Shown here: positions 48,271-59,549 of the stretch, one piece after another
How the letters are laid out: every line of letters starts with the position of its first letter
Numbering within the stretch: position 1 is the first letter of the stretch
NCBI RefSeq assembly: GCF_006345805.1
Contig: NW_021833740.1
Location: 6,133 to 70,132 of the forward strand
Origin: Octopus sinensis
Taxonomy: Eukaryota
Direction of reading: 5' to 3'
Length of the DNA: 64,000 bases
Made by a program: the position numbers and the translations under genes
Notes under the pieces: generated by a model
What the model was told of the DNA's origin: nothing
Database searches by the model: none
Seen by the model: only the letters and a program-made list of their open reading frames with translations

Positions 48271-49428
48271 CTTAAAAGGAAAGCGATAAAAAAAAAAGTA
48301 AAAAAAGCTTATATAACAACTCAATATGCATTTTTTATAGAGCTCAGTAGTTAAAAAGTTTGCTTTGTAATCATGGACAATCTGAGTTCAATTCTGCAGG
48401 AAGTTGTGACTAGTACCGGTGACATGTAAAAGGCATTCATGCCAGTGACACATGAAAAGCACCCAATACACTCCATAGAGCAGCTGTAGAAACCAAGCCA
48501 AAACAGGCTGGAGCCTGATGCGGCTCTGTGGCTTATCATCTCCAGTCAAACCATCTAACTCATGCTAGCTTGGAAAACAGACAATGATGATGATGATAAT
48601 GATGATGATGATGACAATGATGAGTTGAACACTTTCAATAGGTGTCTTTGACCATGGTTTTAAGTTGACCCAAAACTTGTAAGATTAAGTAGACAGAGAC
48701 TATTTAGGAAACTGCCAAATAGTCTGCATAGGGGGCATACTGATGTTAATTTATTACTTGATGTAACACCATCACCTGACCCTTGGATGAATTTAGCAGA
48801 GTTTGCTCCTTTGTAAGCATTTTGAACAGGTGTCCAGTGTAATGATGTCACAATCTTCCTTCTTTCTCCTCCAAGTTTTGATAGTCATAAAAAAACAGTA
48901 TAAATGGGTGTAGGATAACGTCAGCAACTGGGTGCGTTGACCAGAAGCTGGGGCAACCAGAAGGGGTAGCCGTGAGACGTGCGCAGGCAGCGGGGATTCG
49001 GCCTTTCGAATCAGGGTCATCGAGGTGTGAGGACGTGGGAAGACGTCGCTAGGTTGGGTGCAGCAGCTGCTATCATTAGTGTTCGGGTTGGGGCTGTGTC
49101 GAAGGATCCGTTACCACCGAAGGGTCTCCATCACTAGGAAGAGAAGGTAAGTGCCTTTATATTTGTATCGCGCACACACTACAATGGGGACTGCCCTTTC
49201 TTCACTTACTAAACCCTAAATAAAGAAGATGTCACTAAATTTAGGAAAAAATTTAGTATAATGCACTGCATTCCACCCTGATTTTATTCAACATCTTTCC
49301 CTCTCAGATTCACACACTTATTGCAGTGGTCCTTCAGTTTTTCTAAGCCCTGTAAAAAACTCAAAAGGTTGGACATCCAGCCAGGCCTTTCTCAATACCC
49401 ATAAAGCAAGGAAATTTTCAGCACCTTC

Positions 49429-49462
<34 letters not shown>

Positions 49463-50038
49463 TGTTATTGTTATGGGACCAGAAAATTCATAAGTTAAAC
49501 GAATACTTCCTAACCTGTTGGATAGGATGGATCAGCCTGGTCTGTTTTAGCTGGTCTTGTGAAAACTGCCATATATGTGTGTGTGTGTGTGTGTGTGTGT
49601 ACATTCAATATAGCCCACCATTCAAACATACCTGCCGGAAAGTTCCTGGCTTTGGATAAAAGAAAATACAAGAGGATCGGTTAATTATGATTTTAGTCAA
49701 CATATTGAGCTCTCATATTCACACATATTGCAGTGGACCTTCAGTTTTTCTAAGCCCTGTAAAAGAGCTCAAGGTTGGGCCTCCAATCAGGCGTTTCACG
49801 ATACCCTTAAAGCCAGGAACTTTTCAGTGTCCCCTCACATGTGTTGCTCTGTACTTACAACAGAACACATTGTGTGTCAGTCCATTTTAACGTGTCCTTT
49901 GAATTGCTGTTAGTTGTTTGACCAATGACCAAAATGCCGTAAGGAATCTGGATCACTTTTGGCTAGACATCAACAAAAAAAAAAAACAATAGTAAAAAAA
50001 TAAACAAACAAAAGAAAACAATAAATAGGCCAACTCAC

Positions 50039-50196
50039 TTTTATTAGGTATGTGCTACCAAGGGCTGCTTTCTTTCGATTTTTACTGAAGGTCACTGCAG
50101 CATCTACAGACAAAGGACCCCTGGGGAAGACTTCTTGAATTTTCTTTGGAAATGTGTAATCAACATTGATCTGGTTGAACCTGAACACCAGTTCAT
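50039..50196 (-). CDS. MMP exon G: hemopexin blades 1-2 (ELVFRFNQINVDYTFPKKIQEVFPRGPLSVDAAV…TYLIK)
   Basis: Acceptor ttatttcag and donor GTGAGT; 'PKxIxxxF...VDAA' hemopexin pattern. Confidence 0.92.
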
Positions 50197-50420
50197 CTGA
50201 AATAAAACATTGATCACTACTTAACTTGCTAACACCTTGATTTCTTTTATTTTATTCTTTACCATCTCCACTTTCAGAAAGTAGATATCTACTCAACTTT
50301 TCTAACACCACATTTCAGTCATTATATTTCTCTGACCAATTCCACTGTACAACACCATGGGCAACTGCCTTCTAACAAAGACCTAAGTTGACCAATAACT
50401 TGCAAGTGAATTTACAGAAG

Positions 50421-50440
<20 letters not shown>

Positions 50441-50451
<11 letters not shown>

Positions 50452-50905
50452 CATCATCGTTTAGCGTCCGCTTTCCATGCTAGTAGGGGTTGGACGATTC
50501 AACTGAGGACTGGCGAACCAGATGGCTGCACCAGGCTCCAATCTTGATCTGGCAGAGTTTCTACGGCTGGATGCCCTTCCTAACACCAACCACTCCAAGA
50601 GTGTAGTGGGTGCCTTTACGTGCCACCGGCACGAGGGCCAGTCAGGTGGTACTGGCAACAGCCACGCTCAAAATGGTGCTTTTTATGTGCCACCTGCACA
50701 GGAGCCAGTCCAGTGGCACTGGCAACGACCTCACTCAAATGTTTTTTTCAGGTGCCACCTACACAAATGCTAGTAGCTCGAATGGTGTTTTTAATGTACC
50801 ATTGGCATGGAAGCCAGCTTGTTGCTCTGGCAATGATCTCACTTGTATGGTACTCTTAATGCTCTACTATCATGGATGCCAGTCATCGAATTTGATGACA
50901 GAAAC
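50441..50905 (-). mobile_element. Dispersed retroposon fragment with (ATG)n tail, probably RTE-associated
   Basis: The same CATGCTAGCATGGAAAGCGGAC…(GAT)n-type end occurs in degenerate form near 27230, 48560 and 61100. Confidence 0.5.
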
Positions 50906-51629
50906 TGAGCAGAAGCTCATCTAGTACATATAGTGGACTCTCCTGCTGACTCCAGTACTTGAAGATCTAACAGTTAAAATTGTAGCTGTTAGAAGGCAGT
51001 GAGATGGCTGAATTGTTAGCATACCAGACAAAATGCTTAGTGGCATTTCAACCATCTTTACATTCTGAGTTCAAATTCCACCAAAGTCAACTTTGCCTTT
51101 CATTCTTTCAAGGTTGATAAAATAAGTACCAGTTGAGCACTGGGGTTGGTGTAATTGACTTACACCCTACCCCAAAAGCAACCTACACATTCACCTTGTT
51201 AATCTCTGCTGTGGTTACCACCAGAATCTATAGACATACAGAAGTAGATTGGACAGTGGTGGAGATTGTTACACCATGATCTCCGATCTATCGGCCTTTA
51301 ACTAATCCCATAGTCTTTACTTAATGACCTCTTTCTTTGACCTATTCACTTTTTGACTGCTGTAGAACCTCATTCTATGACCTCTTCTCTTTATGAACTC
51401 TTGCTATGATAATACTCTATGACCTCCCTCTCTCACATAACCCCTGACCTTATCTTATAACCTTTACATTATGACAACCATTCTTAAAAACAACAATAAA
51501 AAATTAAAGCATAATAATATTCTGAATCATGAGTATGATTTGAACTGATCACTCTAACGTTACGCTCAGCCACAAAACCACTAATCCATCTTTTGAAAAA
51601 GAAAAAGAAATTTTTTTTTAAAATCCAAC

Positions 51630-51986
51630 CTCTAAATCCATAGGTCAGGTGATCTGTTGCAACAGTGATAGCATCCAATCTGCCATCACAGTACTTTGGC
51701 CTAACTGTAGTTTGAGCTGATGTCAGTAAGGCCGAGGGTGAGGTCGTTGATGGCCCCAGTCTGGAGAAGCGGTACCAATATGGATAGGTTTGTCGTTCTG
51801 TCTGTGTGTCTTGGCTGTGTGTCCACCAGAATCTGTCCCCAGCTGACATCGATGGGCTGGTCAAGTGGGAGCTGCTGACTGTTGTAGAACTTGAACCCTG
51901 TGACCCTGAATGGTCATCTTCAAAGTTCTCATCCTTGTTGGTTGACATATTACTAGAAACTGCAGTTTGGATGCCCTCAGAGGGAC
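51630..51986 (-). CDS. MMP exon F: Ser/Thr-rich hinge and start of hemopexin blade 1 (…KYCDGRLDAITV…YGFR)
   Basis: Acceptor tcaacag and donor GTTGGA; phase matches both neighbours; C-x-x-x-x-DAI hemopexin start. Confidence 0.9.
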
Positions 51987-52009
51987 CTGTTGATTGAAAA
52001 TATAACATA

Positions 52010-52392
52010 CTAGCAGTATCGCCCGGCGTTGCTCAGGTTTGTAAGGGAAATAACTATAAAGCATTTTTAGAGAGTTATAGCCAAAAAATAGCAAAAAAAT
52101 GGGAAAAAAATGATGGTAAATTTTTTTTGAGAGTTAAAAAAGGTGGAGTTGCGTCCCCTAGACGGTCTGTGGTTTGGGTTCTGATTCTCGACCCCATGTC
52201 GAATTTATCGATTTTTTTCAGAACTGGGGGAACTTTTCAAAACTTTAGCTGCGTTAGTTTTGAATTATGACATTGGGCTATGTGTGTGTCAAGTTTCATC
52301 AGAATCGGTTGAAAGCCGTGGTCAGAGTGAGGGTACGAGAAAACAGACACACAGAAAACGCACAGACAAACTGCCGTTTATATAGAGAGAGA
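52010..52392 (-). mobile_element. Helitron-like element in an MMP intron
   Basis: Reverse complement of the 32821-33186 family; CTAG end at 52010-52013. Confidence 0.85.
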
Positions 52393-52754
52393 TTTAAAAT
52401 TACGAATTAGCTTTGAAGCATTTATTGCAAATGTTATAAAAATTTTAACACAAATTAGAACAAAAAATGCAGCAGGTCTTCTAATGGGATAAAACCCTGT
52501 ATCTATTGTTTATCAAATATAATTATTGCCACAAGAGAGTGTTTTTCACTCCTTCTTCTCAAATGAAGTTTTATGGAAACATTTCTGATAAAAATTTATC
52601 TCCATGAAACAAATCATCAGCTATTTAACACCAACAACACAGGATGTTACAACTCATGTCCAACATAGCAAAGAGTTTATTGCAAATATTATTAAGATTT
52701 TAAAAACACCAAATTGAGACAGAAAAAAGCAACAGTTCTTCTAATGGGACTTAA

Positions 52755-52976
52755 TTCTTTAGCATTTAAACCAGCCATAGATCCGGCCAAAATATTCCAC
52801 CTGTTTTATGTTCAAACTGGCCTGTTCTGGCATCTTATATCAACCCTACAATATCATTCTAAAAGTTAACAGCTACCTCATCAAAATCTCTAAGCTATGA
52901 GATAAGGCATGATTAATTCAAAAGAATATGAATAAATTAGCATTAATTTTGATAGAATAATGAGAATGCTAAAGGA
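52755..52976. mobile_element. piggyBac-type MITE
   Basis: TTAA on both sides; degenerate TIR (T/C)CTTTAGCATT / AATGCTAAAGGA. Confidence 0.7.
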
Positions 52977-53065
52977 TTAAACTCTGTATCTATTGTTTAT
53001 CAGATTATTGTTACCAATTAATACACTACAGAGTGTTTTCCACTCCTTCTCAAATTAAGTCTTAA

Positions 53066-53286
53066 CCCTTTTCGATACCAACCTGGCTGAAACTGGCTCT
53101 GGCTCTGAGTACAAATGCCTTGTTTTCATAAGTTTTGAATTAAAATCTTCCACCAAACCTTAGACACAATTTATGTTCCTAGCACTAGCTGAATGATAAC
53201 CAAGTAATTTTACTAAATTCTTTGTTATATTTAAAGTAATTGAAAGAAACACAGAGCATCTCAAAATAAATTCAGTAACGAAAGGG
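53066..53286. mobile_element. piggyBac-type MITE
   Basis: TTAA|CCCTTTTCGATAC … GTAACGAAAGGG|TTAA. Confidence 0.8.
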
Positions 53287-53415
53287 TTAAGGGAAATGTT
53301 TCTCATAAAATGTTATAATCATGAAACAAGTCATCAGTTATTTAACACCAACAAGATAGGCTGTTATGTCCAACATAGCAGAGGCTGTTGAATAAGAGGT
53401 AGGGGATACAGAGAG

Positions 53416-53505
53416 AATACCAAACGAGTTCCCTATGGATACCGTATTTATTACAAGCCACGAGTTGTAATAAATACGGTATCCATAGGGAATGAGTTTG
53501 GTATT
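53416..53505. repeat. 41-bp-arm hairpin with 8-nt loop
   Basis: AATACCAAAC(gag)TTCCCTATGGATACCGTATTTATTACAA pairs with its complement except for a 3-nt mismatch. Confidence 0.9.
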
Positions 53506-53788
53506 TTATTTATTACACACAAATAAACGACCATATTTTATTAACCCAATAACTAAATTCTTCACGTTTAGTTGTAACTTATGAATGACAAAAGTAGTGC
53601 CGTCACTGTGACCTCGGGTCATCACCATGAATTGACCAATCAGAAGCAGCGCTATCACCGTGACCTCAGGTCATCACCATGGATTGACCAATCAGAAGCA
53701 GCGCTCGCAGTATCTGACATATGTTAGATACCAAAAATATCTCAAAGTGTTCTCACTCACATGTGTGTAATAAAGATGCTATACTTAC

Positions 53789-53947
53789 TGTAGAGTGACT
53801 GTAGTGCTTGAATGTCATCAGCATGCACTGAAGTGCCATTGCATTCCATGATGTATGGCCACATTTGTGCTGAAATGCTCTCAGAGTGGAATAATCCTAA
53901 TGAGTGACCAATTTGGTGGATCGCTTGACACAGTAGACTGATCTGAC
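53789..53947 (-). CDS. MMP exon E: zinc-binding helix and Met-turn (QISLLCQAIHQIGHSLGLFHSESISAQMWPYIMEC...DDIQALQSLY)
   Basis: Acceptor ttttataaaag and donor GTAAGT; HxxGHxxGxxHS, Met-turn and DDIxxxQxLY motifs. Confidence 0.95.
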
Positions 53948-55465
53948 CTTTTATAAAAAAAAACAACAACAGGTTAATTAATCAATGTAACAATTAACAA
54001 TATTTTTAGTTGGACCTTTTGTTGTTTGGTGAATTGAGACAATTACAACATGAAAAAGTCATGACATCTATTTAAAAGACAGACATATGGCGGTGCCCCA
54101 GCAAATGGCGGTGCCCCAGCATGGCCACAGCTCGTGAGCTAAAACTATATAAAATAAATAAATAAAATAAATTTTATAAACCACTTTCACTTTCATTTTG
54201 TAATCTTCTTTCATCTTTTACTTGAGACCATGGAGGGCCACCACTTTGAAGAACTTTTAGTCGAATGCAATGACCCCTAGTACTTATTTTTCAAAACCTG
54301 ATACTTATTCTGTCAGTCACTTTTGCCAAACTGCTAAGTCACGGGGATGTAAACACATGGACACTGGTTGTCAAGTGGTGGCAGGAGGACAAACACAGAC
54401 ACAAAAATTCACAAACATCGATACATATATATATATATATATAACAATATATATGTATATGTAGATATATATACACACACACACATATATGATGGCTTCT
54501 TTCAATTTCCATCTACCAAATCCCCTAACAAGGATTTGGTCAGCCCAAGGTTGTAGTAGAAGACAGTTGCCCAGTTCTGGCACTGTTAATCTATATTTCA
54601 TTAGCAGAGAGGTGAGTCGCTGCTATCTCTAGCAGTCAAACATCCTCATTGATTAGACCAAGGAAAGTCAAAATTATGTGATCTGGTAGTCTCAGCACTG
54701 GACTTGGTGGATCCAGATCACCCCGCAAGCAACATAAACAAGAGTGTGTTTTGCATCAAAAAGTCAATATGAGAACCTCTCTCATGGCATCTACCACAGT
54801 ATAGTTTGTTCTAACAGAACATCTGCATTTAAGGGGTATAAATATTACCTCTCATTATATTAAATGTTTATAGCAACTAGCCATGCTATGAGCACCAGAA
54901 GCAAAAGAATTGTCTGATTTTCAAAGAGAGTGTATCCTCACTACTACCAACCATTTCACTGTTATTCTGTTGCTCCCTTATATACTTCTTTCACTCCCAC
55001 CCCACTGTATTCCCTCTTTCCTTCCCTTCTTCCCCTTTGCACTCTTCTGAATTCTCTGCACATGCACCCTGTCCAATCCTTTATCCATTTATATTCACCT
55101 CCTTGTACCTCGAGGGTACACCTCGACACCGCATCACTATCTCTCTTTCTCTCTCTTTTGTCAAACTGCCTAGTTACAAGGATGTAAACACACCAACACC
55201 GGTCGTCAAGCAGCGGTGGGGAACAAACACAGACACAGTCACACACAAACACACACACACAGACATATATACACGATGGGCTTCTTTCAGTTTCCATTCT
55301 TGAACTCCACTCACAAGGCTTTGGTTGGGCCAAGGCTATAGTAGAAGATATTTGCCCAAGGGGTCACACATTGGAGCTGAACCTGTAACACCTGCCTATA
55401 CAATAATGGTTTTTAACTTTGGCACCATGAGGAAGGGATGAAATTTACCGAATCTACCCAAATAC

Positions 55466-55697
55466 CTGATTTTTGGTCAGCTTTGTTACTCAGCACCCAA
55501 TTTTCTTCAGCATCAAAATGAATATCTCCATCAAAGTCATCGTTGTTGCTGTTTGGGAAGAAAGCATGAGCTGTGATTCCATCTGGCCCATCGAATGGCA
55601 TCCCGTCACCATGGTTACCAGACAGGAACCGGATGTTGATGTCTACAATATCCCTTGGCTTCCACGTAAACTGTAGAAATGTTATGTTGCTCCAAAC
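55466..55697 (-). CDS. MMP exon D: structural Zn/Ca-binding region (VWSNIT...HGDGMPFDGPDGITAHAFFP...GDIHFDAEENW...)
   Basis: Acceptor ctttttcag and donor GTATTT; canonical HGD-x-PFDG, AHAF and GDxHFD motifs. Confidence 0.96.
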
Positions 55698-56961
55698 CTG
55701 AAAAAGTAAAGTAAGAAAAGAGTTAAAAATATATAATTCCTCTGGCTGTGTGGTAAGTAGCTTGCTAACCAACCACATGGTTCCAGGTTCAATCCCACTG
55801 CGTGGCACCTTGGGCAAGTGTCTTCTACTATAGCCTCGGGCCGACCAAAGCCTTGTGAGTGGATTTGGTAGACGGAAACTGAAAGAAGCCCGTTGTATAT
55901 ATATATATATGCGTGTGTGTGTTTGCGTGTTTGTCCCCCTAGCATTGCTTGACAACTGATGCTGGTGTGTTTATGTCCCCGTTACTTAGCGGTTCGGCAA
56001 AAGAGACCGATAGAATAAGTACTGGGCTTACAAAAGAATAAGTCCCGGGGTCGAGTTGCTCGATTAAAGGCGGTGCTCCAAATGACTGAAACAAGTAAAA
56101 GAGTAATTCCTCCACAGACACGTATACACACACACAGACACAGACACACACACACACTGCTAAGTTACAGGGACGTAAACACACCAGCATCGGTTGTCAA
56201 GCAATGTTAGGGGGACAAACACAGACACACAAACATACACATACATATATATAAGAAGGGATTCTTTCAGTTTCCATCTACCAAATTCACTCATAAGCCT
56301 TTGTTCAGCCCTAGGCTATAGTAGAAGACATTTGCTAAAGATGCCACGCAGTGGGACTGAACCTGGAACCATGTGGTTGGTAAGCAAGCTACTTACCACA
56401 CAGCCACTCCTTAAAACAAACCTTACTCAGGGACCTTTTGAGTGGGATGGACTATTCGACCTGAAGATAATTCTAACTGAACTCCACCTGCAAGGTCAAG
56501 TGCTGTTTATCTGGATATGAGATCACCATGTTGCGCACCTATGGTTGTGATGCATGTGCCTGGTGTACCCTTATCAGATGGGTAGTCATGATGGGTATAC
56601 TGGGCTTCGTATATTCTACCCCAGTGTCACTTTGATGGCATGCACTGCTCTCTCACTCGATAATAATAATAATAATAATAATTTGTTTCTTTACTACCCA
56701 CAAGGGGCTAAACACAGAGGGGACTAACAAGGACAGACAAACGGATTAAGTCGATTATATCGACCCCAGTGCGTAACTGGTACTTAATTTATCGACCCCG
56801 AAAGGATGAAAGGCAAAGTCTACCTCGGCGGAATTTGAACTCAGAATGTAACGGCAGACGAAATACGGCTACGCATTTCGCCTGGCGTGCTAACGTTTCT
56901 GCCAGCTCGCCGCCCTTCATCCGATACCCTCAGACCCCACCGGTCTTACGCTTTTCCAATT

Positions 56962-57035
<74 letters not shown>

Positions 57036-57044
57036 GTTTCTTAC

Positions 57045-57145
57045 CTTGAATGCAGCGTTTATGGTAGCATCCACATCATGGTGGGACAGGTTTTGGGGAT
57101 AGTCACTGACCTTGTATGTAATTTCACGATGCTTCCACTTTGACC
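57045..57145 (-). CDS. MMP exon C: start of catalytic domain (SKWKHREITYKVSDYPQNLSHHDVDATINAAFK)
   Basis: Acceptor ctttatag and donor GTAAGA; W..ITY..AF pattern. Absent from the ORF track. Confidence 0.92.
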
Positions 57146-58645
57146 CTATAAAGATTGAACAGACAAATATACAAATATATACACAAACTTATGTGCCACT
57201 GGCACAAAGTGTCAGTTATGTGGCTGTGGCATCAGTGTGTGTGTGTGTGTGTGTTGGTGTATATAAGGGACAGTCATCCAAGCTGTGTTCTGTGAAGCAC
57301 ATCTGCATATTCAGAGTGATCCAATGTATGTATGTAGATGTTCTGTTTTGAATGAGATATACACAACATTTGAAATTTCTGGTGATTTCTATTTGCAGTG
57401 AAATTACACATTCTCAATACTAAGACTTCATTGAGTAATGTAGTTATAGATGTACAATGTTCTCAAGATTTTTGCTCACTGCTTTGATGGTGAATGGTAA
57501 TGTTCTGGTTACTCTCTCTCTCTCTCTCTCTCTTTTACCCTTTTACTTGTTTCACAGTCATTTGACTGCAGCCATGCTGGAGCACCGCCTTTAGTCGAGC
57601 AAATCGACCCCGGGACTTATTCTTTTGTAAGCCCAGTACTTATTCTATCGGTCTCTTTTTTACCGAACCGCTAAGTTACAGGGGACGTAAACACACCAGC
57701 ATCGGTTGTCAAGTGATGTTGGGGGGACAAACGCAGACACAAACAAATACACACACACATACATATATATACATATATACGGCAGGCTTCTTTCAGTTTC
57801 CGTCTACCAAATCCACTCACAAGGCTTTGGTTGGCCCGAGGCTATAGTAGAAGACACTTGCCCAAGGTGCCATGCAGTGGGACTGAACCCGGAGCCGTGT
57901 GGTTGGTAAGCAAGCTACTTACCACACAGCCACTCCTGCACCTATATGGCATTTTTTAATATATTTTATTAACTGCTCAGGTATTCATATGGATGTGTTC
58001 TTTATTCTGGTGTGTAGATAGTGGAAAGTATCGCCATTATAAAACTTCCCAAATTTGTCTCACACCATGTGGTATATCATATAAGCCTGTAAACACATTT
58101 CCAATTTATTGGTGATGCTGTGATTATGATTTTGTGGCAGTGATATGGTGTCGTGAAATCTATTGCTCTCTCTCTTTTACTCTTTTACTTGTTTCAGTCA
58201 TTTGTCTGTGGCCATGCTGGAGCACCGCCTTTAATCGAGCAACTCGACCCCGGGACTTATTCTTTTGTAAGCCCACTACTTATTCTATCGGTCTCTTTTG
58301 CCGAACTGCTAAGTATCGGGGACATAAACACACCAGCATCGGTTGTCAAGCAATGCTAGGGGACAAACACAGACACACAAACACACACATGCATATATAT
58401 ATATATATATATACATATATACGACGGGCTTCTTTTCAGTTTCCGTCTACCAAATCCACTCACAAGGCTTTGGTCGGCCCGAGGCTATAGTAGAAGACAC
58501 TTGCCCAAGTTGCTACGCAGTGGGACTGAACCCGGAACCATGTGGTTGGTAGACAAGCTACTTACCACTTCCCAGAAGATCTTCTGATGATATGTGTATC
58601 TCTGATGAAGAGCAGAAGTAGTGGGTACATTCACTGACCACTTAC

Positions 58646-58777
58646 CTTGTAAAGCAAATCTTCGCTTGCGACGTGGAGAAATAGCTTCTCTCAGGCCTAA
58701 ACTTGGTGCATAATTCATATCTGGAACACCACATCGTTTTTTCCTCATCATTTTAAATGTATTTTCATCAAAGAAAC
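58646..58777 (-). CDS. MMP exon B: cysteine switch and furin site (FFDENTFKMMRKKRCGVPD...RRKRRFALQ-G)
   Basis: Acceptor tttatgcag and donor GTAAGT; phase matches both neighbours; RCGVPD motif. Confidence 0.95.
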
Positions 58778-58821
58778 CTGCATAAAATAGAACAAAATAT
58801 TATAAACCAAATCTTTCTTAA

Positions 58822-59025
58822 CCATTCTCATACTGACCCACCTGAAACTCCTTGGTTCTATGATAAAAATTCCTTGTTTAAAAGCAATCTAAATTTAAAC
58901 TTTTCATCAAAATTTCCAAACACCTGATTAATCATGAGAAATCTGTTTAATTAAATTCTTTATTATTTTCAAAATTATGTGAATCAAAGGCAGAGTATTT
59001 CAACATAAATGTGCCAACAAAAGGG
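58822..59025. mobile_element. piggyBac-type MITE (degenerate)
   Basis: TTAA|CCATTCTCATAC … CAAAAGGG|TTAA; size similar to 53066-53286. Confidence 0.6.
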
Positions 59026-59513
59026 TTAACTAACAAGTCCTTAAAAAAGGATACATTAGATATAGTCCTAGATACACTATGCCTGAATCACGCCGGGTGA
59101 AATGCTTAGCGGTGTTTCATCTGCTATTACGTTCTGAGTTCGAATTCTGCCGAGGTCGACTTTACCTTTCATCTTTTCGGGGTCAGTAAATTAAGTACCA
59201 GTTACACACCTTTATGAGGTGTTGGTGTTACTATAAATAGTCATATTTCCTTGTGACCTGAAGATTACCTCATCCAGTTATGTATTTATTGCTGGGTTTG
59301 GTCTTAAAGGGAGATAAGGTTCCTGTGGGTTCTTTAGTATTATATTCTAGCTTACCATTCTACTAATTTAAAAGAGTATTCTTATATTTTTTGGTGAGGT
59401 TTATTAGTTATATATATATAGGGAGAGTTTACGAAAAAAACAACAAAAGACAAAGACAGGTGGTGTACAAAACAAACAGATGTATTAGTATAACGCTCAG
59501 GAATAGAAAAAGT

Positions 59514-59549
59514 CTTTTACGTTTCGAGCCTACGCTCTTCTACAGAAAG
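59514..59549 (-). ncRNA. Hammerhead-like motif with CTGTAGA core (family C); related copies 4416-4451 and 4646-4681 (-)
   Basis: CTTT-CTGTAGA-aGAGC(gtag)GCTC-GAAA-CG-TA|AAAG; A6 is replaced by U. Confidence 0.45.

Noticed and set aside
48920-49150. GC-rich intronic patch ending in a plus-strand AG/GTAAGT donor
   Set aside because: No sustained open frame or acceptor; most likely a decayed retroelement fragment that I cannot assign.
58485-58645. Continuation of the exon B ORF past FALQG (KWSVNVP…)
   Set aside because: A strong GTAAGT donor at 58645 and an in-phase next exon supplying SKW..ITY show this is intron read-through into a SINE.
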